Below are positions 19,801 through 27,202 of a stretch of DNA of 51,592 nt, piece by piece. The notes under the pieces are model-generated. The model was not told where the DNA came from. It ran no database searches and worked only from the letters and a program-made list of their open reading frames with translations. Source of the DNA: Candidatus Omnitrophota bacterium (GTDB lineage: Bacteria > Omnitrophota > Omnitrophia > Omnitrophales > Aquincolibacteriaceae); the NCBI GenBank assembly GCA_043803685.1, contig JAZDJU010000034.1, forward strand, positions 1-51,592. The letters run 5' to 3'. Position numbers and translations under genes: made by a program. Each line of letters starts with the position of its first letter. Position 1 is the stretch's first letter.

Positions 19801-19900
19801 GAAAGATGAAAAAGGCTTCTATTCGTTTAGTGCGGAAGCCCTGAATAAGATGCTGACGATCGCCATGCAGGTGGCTCAATCGATACAGTCCGCCGCATAA
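13862..19900 (+). CDS. Large (~2010 aa) secreted modular protein with RSE[AV]R-delimited modules
   Basis: Uninterrupted ORF (TTG 13850, ATG 13859/13862 after GGAGG). Sec-type signal peptide ending VSFA-N. N-terminal domain with HIQNAH, VEGA, GIED and TGGFH; four RSE[AV]R motifs; internal repeats. Confidence 0.85.
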   Translation: MLSGGNQKQVRRIVSFLTICFFLVSQVSFANPGAGIEVAANREMPGFLRIDIPTELASLDGIWEAPSSVDSRVVLHIQNAHANYGAQKKIEELLEYLNKTYAINTIFVEGAAEDLNPDYLKLFPDKARNLELADLLAQQGELTGAELYLLEADYGPQTTDPRQKRDSKLQSPVSSLQSGPVRGVGIEDAGLYRSNYEALKKVFGAEALVNRYLQGYESRLEALSSKIFTNDLRRILADWQKFEKGHREFMPYIRSLAADAKRVLDLDLESLFSQVEWPQITRLLVLQGMEKELDTAKALEEKDKLISFLKAKGVSPRIIAEVENFKEQRLSVRQGEGEMMEPRDVLEALVKEAGPNGFRFSEYPAFSLYAGYLILKSELDAKGLFEEIKALFGKILGKLAESPQQKSLLELYRDEELARKLLSLELSRRDWKDALGRKTEIQMDSMVSRLKDLSSAVTKEMNLAPSDLETRKLSPKFQEQILDLYGSAFSFYEFARQRESMFYEKINAVMGKGSSSKAVLITGGFHTDGMTDLFREHNISYGVLTPRLMEKSDEKLYRNTMLQNEKQLFTISYLELANGATSLATRKDQGFDPSKELGDLIKAFRSKLPKEYATGQGVADAFNGSIAAKAFGITLEFQPEKTSETTGIDTYKVKGLQKFEGIEVPVSRSEARSLLDIFQRGIEAKVSAYSNGYPLSQSAFDEAAERTRVLMQADSISGTVDAVAANFFTSIDGLTDPEDTALLNVLLKTVLFDEQGRFREDRDRQARIASIVSEARPGGAWAMLSNEAKQKPLSQVVTQMIGLVQPIINTRKGKAGVDTGRLEAEIRFAGNVSRPYEVATLAQGLASELGRLNYLATPEQTEAIQNVVDQLKKIEGEYRRRSEARLGELYGYMMQKVMLPAVLAMWLAVPSFAAAENSQPYSVRLDPTMGMEAGATNLYSAYRGLNEFVINPVTAHIPYVEDNALGRLAKWGTLDNITVGFVVAQHEIFGHGARSRGEGDYGSTYEIEFAPPRQWEDLKWSTLVGWWSGAAARGDMTYTVDGSLATTAGGMESTQVMSDEIRRSVYRNGGTYQDGLLYYLAKLDLSNYIFNTSNPGSHPGQQLLNGGGASNDVQKYYENMVKKYGEDAGLWEDMQRVALWNALDPTLWMALWEQLDYVGRGNKDFTLPRILPYTGANLTPLGPEYYLGANFTAAELYWDIYGRRGVGPSGDFYGVGLRVGDIDLGNGYFLGVNLDGWKQEGEVGYSAEATIGRNITDNLKVVLGAGYKTDGDLKGQPSDEGPSVSIKFEVPFSKPRSEVRGKEIEELTSSLARLSPEVLGSLAEMSKPSYSFLSATRQKENTAKHTALLDILKKNGVIVPEALGAQWPEQGRGMDGAYVTAPFLEIVRKIVTDTIDGQRLAERTAFVRGQNRRVAQVRGLAEGAVLALENEELRGGSLPGQMYGTAYTPAVPFPATSHFDKFEESVAGLPAEVLAELERLSKITPASVEATTKNHEGILALLGQQGVIVPLALGVEWPKDDTSVSGDGVDRNVAAPLLERIWIVLGDKTKVANAVLEKQRFEKIAEDIRARNRRAAQVRGLEEGVALRLGAEGADYPQFTSSMAGLSPEVLGSLAEMSKQSYSFLNATRQKENTAKHAALLGVLEKNGVIVPEALGAQWPERGRDMDGAYVTAPFLNFVQKVVSQNAAEPAASRSEARVTAVREAINQADFSVVGEAKLGTNFEAVGKLESRGAIGFVIVAAVAGMEFDNRTDKLKPEQMADVIVQLASASVAKAAGWVQAIRDIFDGLAAKLFPKTEKVSIMDKPGVVFAQLGREALKDIGAGDLAPLGNKFQEMVYIVPVQNEAGKKEVQPLIDEAKVRLAAILKDLDANKRFDIVPMVIDKNRSRTARAALAKLASQRMKTIAAVAPGQRNYVLMGAGEGFLDVFNEGGLLPAVMINEGYSKDANRRVATSTLASIVSQRLLSASEVDAIREVLSGKKDEKGFYSFSAEALNKMLTIAMQVAQSIQSAA
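14316..14396. repeat. Heptamer-periodic inverted repeat inserted in frame in the large gene
   Basis: CAGACTA CGGACCA CAGACCA CAGACCC TAGACAA ... CAGTCTC x3 CAGTCTG. Confidence 0.75.
17781..18889 (+). repeat. Intragenic direct repeats (~230 bp, 17781-18013 and 18657-18889) with a diverged middle copy
   Basis: Near-identical DNA at an 876-bp offset encoding LSPEVLGSLAEMSK...GVIVPEALGAQWPE...DGAYVTAPFL. A diverged protein-level copy lies near 18245-18480. Confidence 0.9.
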
Positions 19901-19956
19901 CGGTCATTGCTGTAGTTCCTACCGCATACCTAGAAGGTCGCTGTGTGACGGCCTCA

Positions 19957-19965
19957 TGCTATAAT
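19957..19965 (+). promoter_or_regulatory. Extended -10 promoter element upstream of rimO
   Basis: TGCTATAAT ending about 46 bp before the rimO ATG. Confidence 0.5.
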
Positions 19966-20011
19966 GCGCCCTGCTTAAGTTTCTAACTTCCTTTCTTCGA
20001 GGTTCGTACTC

Positions 20012-21349
20012 ATGGATGCAAAAGAGATCAAGGTCGGGATGGTTTCGCTGGGGTGTCCTAAGACGCTTGTGGATAGCGAGACCATTCTGGGGAAGGTCCG
20101 GGGCGCCGGCTATGCGATCGCGAAAGATATCGCGGAAAGTGATGTGGTGTTCCTGAACACCTGCGGGTTCATCCAGGACGCCAAACAGGAATCCATCGAT
20201 ACGCTTCTAAAGTTACTCGAGCTTAAGAAAGAAGGAAAACTGCTCGCGGTGGTTGCGGTGGGGTGTCTCGTCCAACGCTACGTGGAGGAGCTTCAAAAGG
20301 AATTTCCCGAGGTCGACGCCTTTATCGGTTCCGGGGACTACATGCGCATCGCCGAAGTCCTGAAAAAGGTCGCGGATGGAAAGCCATTCGTCAGTGTTCA
20401 TAATGCAGGTTATCTTGCCGACGCAGACGAGGCGCGCGTTTCCCTGACGCCCAAACATTCGCGGTATCTCAAGATCTCGGAAGGGTGCGATCACGTGTGC
20501 TCTTTTTGCGTGATCCCGAAACTTCGTGGACGCTATCGTTCGCGGCGCATCGCGGATCTTCTTCGTGAGGCGAAGCAATTGGCTGACGAGGGCGCGAAGG
20601 AACTTATCGTGATCGGTCAGGACATCACACGATTCGGGTGGGATTATGCCGGGAAATGTCTTTTACCGGAACTCATCGAGGCCTTGGGGACTGTGCGGGA
20701 TGTCAAGTGGGTGCGTCTTCTTTACACGTATCCCGCGACGCTCACCGACGAGATCATTCGCGCGATCGCGAAGTCCAAGCAGGTTTGCCGCTACATAGAC
20801 TTACCGCTCCAGCACATTAATGATAAAATACTCAAAGCCATGCAGCGGGGAGGCTCGAAACGGCAGGCGACCGAGCTGATCCGCAAGCTCCGGGAGATGA
20901 TCCCCGGTGTGGTGATCCGGACTAGTTTTATCGTGGGATTTCCGGGTGAGACGGAAGAAGATTTTGAAGAGCTCCTGGCTTTTATGAGCGAAATTAAATT
21001 CGATCGACTCGGGATCTTTCGCTACTCTCCGGAAGAAGGCTCGGCGGCCGCGGAACTTCCGGGACAGATCCCTGAAAAGATCAAAGAGGAACGCTATCAC
21101 CGGGCGATGCAGCTCCAGCAGACGGTCGCGCGGGAAGCGAATCGCCGTTATATCGGCCGGGAGTTCCGGGTGTTGGTTGAAACACAGGATCCGAAAGACT
21201 TTGGTTCATGGACCGGACGTTCTTCCATGGACGCACCCGAAGTGGATGGTGTTATTCATATCCGGACACAAAGGGACATCACGGCCGGGAAATTCTATAC
21301 GGTCAAGATCACGGACGCTCAAGACTATGACCTCGTGGGACAAATATAA
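20012..21349 (+). CDS. rimO: Ribosomal protein S12 methylthiotransferase
   Basis: SLGCPK..VDSE, NTCGFI..AKQES, radical SAM CDHVCSFC and C-terminal TRAM with APEVDG. Context next to pgsA/cinA. Confidence 0.9.
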   Translation: MDAKEIKVGMVSLGCPKTLVDSETILGKVRGAGYAIAKDIAESDVVFLNTCGFIQDAKQESIDTLLKLLELKKEGKLLAVVAVGCLVQRYVEELQKEFPEVDAFIGSGDYMRIAEVLKKVADGKPFVSVHNAGYLADADEARVSLTPKHSRYLKISEGCDHVCSFCVIPKLRGRYRSRRIADLLREAKQLADEGAKELIVIGQDITRFGWDYAGKCLLPELIEALGTVRDVKWVRLLYTYPATLTDEIIRAIAKSKQVCRYIDLPLQHINDKILKAMQRGGSKRQATELIRKLREMIPGVVIRTSFIVGFPGETEEDFEELLAFMSEIKFDRLGIFRYSPEEGSAAAELPGQIPEKIKEERYHRAMQLQQTVAREANRRYIGREFRVLVETQDPKDFGSWTGRSSMDAPEVDGVIHIRTQRDITAGKFYTVKITDAQDYDLVGQI

Positions 21350-22340
21350 ATATACGTTGCTGAATCCGAACGTGCTGAGTATCGCGCGCGGCTTGATCGG
21401 GCTCTCTCTGCCCTTCCTGATCCTGCGGCCGAGCCCGGTGGGACACCTTTGGGCGTTCATTCTCTTTATCGTGGGCGCGATCACGGATTACCTGGATGGC
21501 TGGATCGCCCGCCACTATAAACTCGAATCCGCTTTCGGGCGATGGGTCGATCCCTTTAATGACAAGATCCTGATCCTGGCGCCGATGGCCGCTTTCGCGG
21601 CGCTTCATTTTTACTCGATCTGGTGGGTGGTCCCGATCTTCATTCGCGAGATCCTGGTGACGTTCTGCCGGACCGGGTGGCTCCTGGGAGGGAACTCTTT
21701 GGGTGCGGAAATGATGGGCAAGCTCAAATTCGGTTTTCAGACCGTTACGGTGTGGATCGCTTTCGCTTATTTGCTTCTGAATCCGTATCCTTCTTTTGAT
21801 GTCGCGACGGGGATCTTTTATTATCTTCTGCCGATCCTCCTGATCACGACGGTGGCGTTAACGCTTGTCTCCGGCGCCATGTTCCTCTGGAACCAGCGGG
21901 CTCATTTCGGGGCCGAGCCGTTCAACCGGTTCGTGCTTGCGGTGGGTGTGGGACTCTTGCCGAAGGCCCCCGGGACTTGGGGAAGTATGCTGGGGGTTCT
22001 CCTGGTTTTTTTGACGCGATGGAACTTCGGACTTTACGCGGCCGCTTTTGTATTTCTACTCGCATGGGGCGCTCTCGCGTACGAACGGATCAAGGACCCG
22101 GACCCGGATCCTCACTACATCGTGGTCGACGAAGTATGCGGTATTTTTGTGACTTTCATGTTCATTCCCATGACCTGGATCTCCGCTCTTTTGGGGTTCT
22201 TGCTGTTCCGTTTTTTTGACGTGTTCAAACCTTTCCCGATCCGGGCCCTTGAACGCATTCCGCGTTACTGGGGCATTATGGCCGATGATCTTGGCGCCGG
22301 GCTCTGCAGCTGGATCATCCTCTTCGTACTCTTCCGATGA
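21327..22340 (+). CDS. Fused CDP-alcohol phosphatidyltransferase (PgsA-like) / phosphatidylglycerophosphatase A (PgpA)
   Basis: N-half: PN.LS..R, TDYLDGWIAR...S.FG..VDP..DK. C-half: PKAPGTWGS, DP..IVVDEVCG, FRFFDVFKPFPI and GIMADD. Confidence 0.85.
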   Translation: MTSWDKYKYTLLNPNVLSIARGLIGLSLPFLILRPSPVGHLWAFILFIVGAITDYLDGWIARHYKLESAFGRWVDPFNDKILILAPMAAFAALHFYSIWWVVPIFIREILVTFCRTGWLLGGNSLGAEMMGKLKFGFQTVTVWIAFAYLLLNPYPSFDVATGIFYYLLPILLITTVALTLVSGAMFLWNQRAHFGAEPFNRFVLAVGVGLLPKAPGTWGSMLGVLLVFLTRWNFGLYAAAFVFLLAWGALAYERIKDPDPDPHYIVVDEVCGIFVTFMFIPMTWISALLGFLLFRFFDVFKPFPIRALERIPRYWGIMADDLGAGLCSWIILFVLFR

Positions 22341-23557
22341 AACCCACCGCGGCCATCCTTTCAGTCGGTAATGAAGTCCTGCGCGGGAGTGTGGTGAACA
22401 CGAACGCCGCGTTCCTCGGGCGGGAGCTTTCCGGTCTTGGGTGCGAAGTTATTTCCCACGGGGTTTGCTCGGACTCCCAGGAAGCGATCCGTTTCCGGCT
22501 GGGCGAGATGCTCCGGCGCGTGGATCTTATCATCATGATGGGAGGGCTCGGACCGACGCCCGATGACGTGACCCGGGAAGGCATTGCCGCGCATTTCAAG
22601 GTGCCGCTCGTTTTTTCAGCCGACCAATATCGACGTCTCCAGAAGGTCTACAAACGTTACAATAAAAAAGTGCCTTTACTTGTGAAGCGCGAAGCCTTTT
22701 ATCCCGAGAACGCCAAGCCTCTCATCAACCGTTTCGGGATCGCACTCGGGTTCTCGATCGAGACCGGGTCCAAGATCGTGATCGCGCTTCCCGGTGTCCC
22801 GTCGGAACTTCAGAATATGTATTTTGATGTGGTCCTGCCGTTCCTGAAAAAGAAAATGGAAGGTCTTTCCCAAAGCCGGAAGTTGGTCGTGAGGATGGCC
22901 GGTATTTCGGAGCCCGATGTCATGAAGAAACTCGGGAAAGATTTTTTCGATGACTCTTTCGATTTCGGGATCTATCCCTCGGCAGGGGAGATCGCGATCC
23001 GGATTCTTGCGGACCGGGCGGATATTCTCGCGCGGCTCCGGAAGAAGATCGCGGCCCGGCTCAAGGACTGGATCTACGGCTGGGATGAAACGCCTCTTTC
23101 CGTTGTGATCGGGAAGCGACTTGGAAAAAAAAGGCAGACGCTTGCCGTCGCGGAAAGTTGCACCGGCGGGCTCCTGGCTTCACGCGTTGCCTCGAACCCT
23201 GGGGCGAGCGTCTATTTTCTTGGGGGTACCGTCGCTTATCACCCAAGCATTAAGATCAAGTTAGGTGTTCCGGCGACGGTCATCAAAAAACACGGGGAGG
23301 TTTCTGAGCAGGTCGCACGAGAGCTCGCGCGGTCGGTTCGCGCCCGGATGGGATCGAGCTTCGGTGTTGCCGTTACGGGAATCGCCGGCCCCGGTGGCGG
23401 CAGTTCCAAAAAGCCGGTCGGTCTTGTTTACATCGGTCTCGCGTCTCCGGACGGAACGGTCCGGGCCTGGAAACATGTTTTTTGGGGGGAACGTCTTCAG
23501 ATCCAGGACAAGGCCGCGACCAAAGCGCTTGAATATCTATGGCGGATGATCCGCTAA
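22337..23557 (+). CDS. cinA: Competence/damage-inducible protein CinA (MoCF domain + NMN deamidase)
   Basis: VGNEVL.G..VNTNA, GGLGPTPDDVT, LPGVP.E, AESCTGG and TGIAGPGGG..KPVGLV. Confidence 0.92.
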   Translation: MKPTAAILSVGNEVLRGSVVNTNAAFLGRELSGLGCEVISHGVCSDSQEAIRFRLGEMLRRVDLIIMMGGLGPTPDDVTREGIAAHFKVPLVFSADQYRRLQKVYKRYNKKVPLLVKREAFYPENAKPLINRFGIALGFSIETGSKIVIALPGVPSELQNMYFDVVLPFLKKKMEGLSQSRKLVVRMAGISEPDVMKKLGKDFFDDSFDFGIYPSAGEIAIRILADRADILARLRKKIAARLKDWIYGWDETPLSVVIGKRLGKKRQTLAVAESCTGGLLASRVASNPGASVYFLGGTVAYHPSIKIKLGVPATVIKKHGEVSEQVARELARSVRARMGSSFGVAVTGIAGPGGGSSKKPVGLVYIGLASPDGTVRAWKHVFWGERLQIQDKAATKALEYLWRMIR

Positions 23558-23619
23558 TACCGCATGACATTAGAAATTATAGAGGTATGCGGTATAGCAC
23601 TGTTAACCCTTAAAATCAA

Positions 23620-24210
23620 ATGAGAACAGTGCTAAAGCGAACCGCGGCGAGGCTGTTCCTCGCATTACCGCTTCACGGGATCTTCTCCCGGGAAATAGAA
23701 CATCTGTTGAGTCCGCTGCGCGAAGAAGTCCCTAGTGTCCGGTGGACCGAACCCCGGAAAGTCCATGTGACCCTTCATTTCTTCGGTTCTGTTCCCACAA
23801 AAGAGATCGAGCCGATCGATTTTTTTTCAAAAAGAATAGCGTCCCTTTTTCAGCCTCTTCAATTGGAGTTGGGCAAGATCGGCGCATTCCCGAGTCTGGA
23901 AAGGCCGGACATTATTTGGCTCGGCATCCTGGAAAACACGGGCCGGCTTCTTTCCTTGCAACGAGCGATCCAGGGAGAAGTCCAGTCACTGGGTTTTAAA
24001 GTCGAAACGAGGCCATTCCAACCGCACGCGACGATCGGTCGTGTGAAATGGAAAGATAAAAACCTGGCAGAACAGTTGGCGAAGGTCCCTTGTGGATTGC
24101 CGTTTCCGACAGGTAGTGCGGACCATTTTGTTCTCTATCAAAGTCATTGTCTTCCGGAAGGCACTCGCTATGAAGTCCTTAAGACCTACCCCTTGTCGAA
24201 AAAAGCGTAA
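23620..24210 (+). CDS. thpR: RNA 2',3'-cyclic phosphodiesterase (2H family)
   Basis: RLFLAL and two HxT motifs (HVTLHF, PHATIGR); follows cinA. Confidence 0.88.
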   Translation: MRTVLKRTAARLFLALPLHGIFSREIEHLLSPLREEVPSVRWTEPRKVHVTLHFFGSVPTKEIEPIDFFSKRIASLFQPLQLELGKIGAFPSLERPDIIWLGILENTGRLLSLQRAIQGEVQSLGFKVETRPFQPHATIGRVKWKDKNLAEQLAKVPCGLPFPTGSADHFVLYQSHCLPEGTRYEVLKTYPLSKKA

Positions 24211-24853
24211 GCTCAAGGCCTCGCAGCTACTCCGGGTCTATGCGGTTCTGCGAAAAGCTTTTGGGCATCAGAAGTGGTGGCCGGGGGATACTCCCTTTGA
24301 GGTCATGGTCGGGGCGATCCTCACTCAGAATACGGCCTGGACGAACGTTGAAAAGGCCATCCTGAATCTCAAAAAGGCAAAGAAGCTTTCGTTCAGAACT
24401 TTGCGCCGCGTTCCGGCGAAAGAGCTTTCACAGTGGATCCGACCCGCTGGTTATTTCAATGTGAAGGCGGACCGGCTCAAATGGTTTACCGATTTTCTGG
24501 ATCGGGAATGCAGGGGAGACCTTGCGAAGTTGAAGCGGCACACGATGCCTTTGCTTCGCGAGAAACTTCTCGCCGTGAAGGGGATAGGTCCCGAGACGGC
24601 GGACTCCATCCTCCTCTATGCGCTCGACAAAACGTCTTTCGTCATCGACGCCTACACCCGAAGGATCTTTTCAAGACACGGACTGGCCGGGGAGCACGAA
24701 GCTTATGATGCGTGGCGGGAGATCTTTATGCGGGCGCTTCCCGGAGACCGGGATCTTTATAATGATTTTCACGCCCAGATTGTCCGGACAGCGAAGGCCC
24801 ATTGCCGGAAGATCCCGCTTTGCGAAGGATGTCCTCTCCGGAGTTTTTTTTAA
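24170..24853 (+). CDS. HhH-GPD / endonuclease III-related DNA glycosylase
   Basis: WWPGDTPFEV.VGAILTQNT.W.NV, KGIGPETADSILLYA and C-terminal CRKIPLCEGCPL. Start codon uncertain. Confidence 0.85.
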   Translation: MKSLRPTPCRKKRKLKASQLLRVYAVLRKAFGHQKWWPGDTPFEVMVGAILTQNTAWTNVEKAILNLKKAKKLSFRTLRRVPAKELSQWIRPAGYFNVKADRLKWFTDFLDRECRGDLAKLKRHTMPLLREKLLAVKGIGPETADSILLYALDKTSFVIDAYTRRIFSRHGLAGEHEAYDAWREIFMRALPGDRDLYNDFHAQIVRTAKAHCRKIPLCEGCPLRSFF

Positions 24854-24933
24854 GCGAGTTGCGAACAAATAACTCAAAATTCTTTGCAACTTGTGCCGTT
24901 ACTTAAAGATAAGTAAACCGAACAAGGGGCGAA

Positions 24934-25377
24934 ATGGGTCCAAAAATTGAAAGAAGGATCGGCGAGATTTTGATCGAGGCTGGGCTTTTATCCAAAGCTC
25001 AGCTAGAGGAGGCTCTTGCCTTCCAAAAGGAAAAAGGGGGAATGATCGGAGAGATCCTTGTCACGAAGAAATTCGTGGATGAGGAGTCGTTGGTGGGCGC
25101 CTTGGGCAAGCAGTTCAAGGTTCCCTATATTCCGCTTAAGAGCTATTCGATCAATCCCGACATGGCTGGGGTGCTGACCGCGGAATTTTGTCATGCTCAT
25201 ACGGCTGTCGCGTTCGACTGTGATCAAAAAAAAGTTTATATCGCGATCGCGAATCCCCCTAGTGAAACGGCCATTGAGAAGATCCGGACGTTGACTGGAC
25301 GCATTCCCCAGGTGTTCCTTGGCAAAGTCTCAGAGATCCTGAACGCGATCTATTTCATCTACCACGAGGAGTCTTGA
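24934..25377 (+). CDS. Stand-alone MshEN/GSPII_N domain protein (c-di-GMP receptor-like)
   Basis: RIGEILIEAGLLSKAQLEEALAFQ plus a second half-repeat, then the GSPII_N beta region (AIANP). No ATPase domain. Confidence 0.8.
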   Translation: MGPKIERRIGEILIEAGLLSKAQLEEALAFQKEKGGMIGEILVTKKFVDEESLVGALGKQFKVPYIPLKSYSINPDMAGVLTAEFCHAHTAVAFDCDQKKVYIAIANPPSETAIEKIRTLTGRIPQVFLGKVSEILNAIYFIYHEES

Positions 25378-25432
25378 TGGAACAGTTGGACTTTTTTAAG
25401 GCGGATCGCGGCGCCCTAACAGGAGAGCGGGC

Positions 25433-27202
25433 ATGACAGACCCCAGTCGAAGTTCTTTGCCAGACCTCCGGGAGATCCTTCTCCAGGCGAGAGTCGTGAG
25501 TTCCGAAGACCTCCAGCAGGCGTTCCAGGAACAGACCAAGAGCCCCAAGAAACTCCATTTTCTGGATATTCTTCTTCAGACCGGGAAATGTGATGAGAAA
25601 AAACTCGCGAATGTTTTTTGTGAAGAGTACGGTTATCGTTTGGCGGTCCTTAAGATGCTCGCGATCGACCGGTCGGTTTTGAAGCTTATCCCGCAGAAGG
25701 TCGCCGAGGCCTATGGGTGTCTTCCGCTGGCCGTCTTTGAAAATACTTTAACCGTCGCCATCGCGAATCCCGCCAATCTCAAGGTCCTGGATGAACTCCA
25801 CACGCTGACTGGAAAGCGGATCCGGGTCTCGGTGGCGGAATATTCCCAGCTTAAGGAACACATCCAAAAGTCTTATCAGGGCGAGGCCGCGCCTCCGGAA
25901 GAACTTGTCGTGGACGAAAGCACCGAAGACCTTGTCAATCTTGCCAACATGGTCGAGAGCGAGGCGACCCTGGATAAGCATGAACAAGTTTCGGACCTTA
26001 TGGAACAGGCCAACCAGGAGCCGGTGGTGAAGCTTGTCAACATGACGCTTGTGGAGGGCGTGCGTCGCCGGGCAAGCGACATCTTTATTGAACCCTGGGA
26101 AGGGTTTGTCCGTGTCCGCATGAGGATCGATGGCATGCTAGAAGAGATCGTGAGACCGCAAAAGAGTTTCGGGGCGGCCATTGTTTCCCGCATCAAGATC
26201 ATGAGTCAGTTGAATATCGCGGAACACCGCGTGCCTCAGGACGGTCGTTTCAAGATCAAGACGCAGGGCCGGGAAGTGGACATGCGCGTTTCCATTCTGC
26301 CTTCCAGCTTCGGCGAAAAGGTTTGTCTGCGTATTCTCGATACCGGTGCTCAATCCCATGATATTGGCAAACTCGGATTCACGGAAGGGGAGCAGGACGT
26401 GATCCGGGCTTCCTCCAAGAAGCCGCACGGGATGATCCTTGTGACCGGGCCCACTGGCAGCGGGAAGACCACGACGCTCTATTCGGTTCTGAAGTATTTG
26501 GACGCTCCTCAGGTCAATATCACGACCGTGGAAGATCCTGTGGAATATCAGATGATCGGTATCAATCAAGTCAATGTCCGGGAAGCCATCGGTTTGACGT
26601 TTCCGGCCGCTTTGCGTTCCATTCTGCGGCAAGATCCCGACATTATCCTGATCGGGGAGATCCGTGATGCGGAGACGCTCGATATCGCTGTGAAGGCCGC
26701 GCTCACGGGACATCTCGTGCTCAGCACGCTTCACACCAACGACGCGGTAAGCTCTGTCACCCGAATGATGAATCTGGGGTTGGAACCGTTTTTGATCGCA
26801 TCGACGGTTCTGATGATCTCGGCCCAGCGTTTGGTGCGTCGCCTTTGTCCTCGTTGCCGGGTTCCCTATGATCTCGAGCCTAGCATGTACGAATTTTTGG
26901 ATCTGGACCCGAAAAAAAAGTTGCAGTTCTGGCGGGCCAAGGGTTGTTCGCAGTGTCGCCAACAGGGGTATCAGGGCCGGAGTGTGGTGACCGAGATCCT
27001 GGAAATGAAACCGGACATTCTGGAGATGGTCATGCAGGGCGTATCCGCCGATCTGATCAAGGCGAAGGCGCGGGAGCATGGGATGAAAACCCTTCGGGAG
27101 TCCGCGATTCAAAAAGCCCTGACGGGAGAGACGTCGCTTGAGGAAGTTTTTCGCGTCACGATCGCGGATAATAAAGCGCCTGCCGGAGGGAACGTTTCAT
27201 GA
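25433..27202 (+). CDS. pilB: Type IV pilus assembly ATPase PilB/GspE, copy 1
   Basis: ASDIFIEP, PQDGRF, Walker A GPTGSGKTT, TVEDPVEY, LRQDPDIILIGEIRD, GHLVLSTLHTN and a tetracysteine motif. Confidence 0.9.
   Translation: MTDPSRSSLPDLREILLQARVVSSEDLQQAFQEQTKSPKKLHFLDILLQTGKCDEKKLANVFCEEYGYRLAVLKMLAIDRSVLKLIPQKVAEAYGCLPLAVFENTLTVAIANPANLKVLDELHTLTGKRIRVSVAEYSQLKEHIQKSYQGEAAPPEELVVDESTEDLVNLANMVESEATLDKHEQVSDLMEQANQEPVVKLVNMTLVEGVRRRASDIFIEPWEGFVRVRMRIDGMLEEIVRPQKSFGAAIVSRIKIMSQLNIAEHRVPQDGRFKIKTQGREVDMRVSILPSSFGEKVCLRILDTGAQSHDIGKLGFTEGEQDVIRASSKKPHGMILVTGPTGSGKTTTLYSVLKYLDAPQVNITTVEDPVEYQMIGINQVNVREAIGLTFPAALRSILRQDPDIILIGEIRDAETLDIAVKAALTGHLVLSTLHTNDAVSSVTRMMNLGLEPFLIASTVLMISAQRLVRRLCPRCRVPYDLEPSMYEFLDLDPKKKLQFWRAKGCSQCRQQGYQGRSVVTEILEMKPDILEMVMQGVSADLIKAKAREHGMKTLRESAIQKALTGETSLEEVFRVTIADNKAPAGGNVS

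Noticed and set aside
23620..24853. recA expected after cinA-thpR
   Set aside because: The following gene is an HhH-GPD glycosylase with no RecA motifs; a simple synteny difference.
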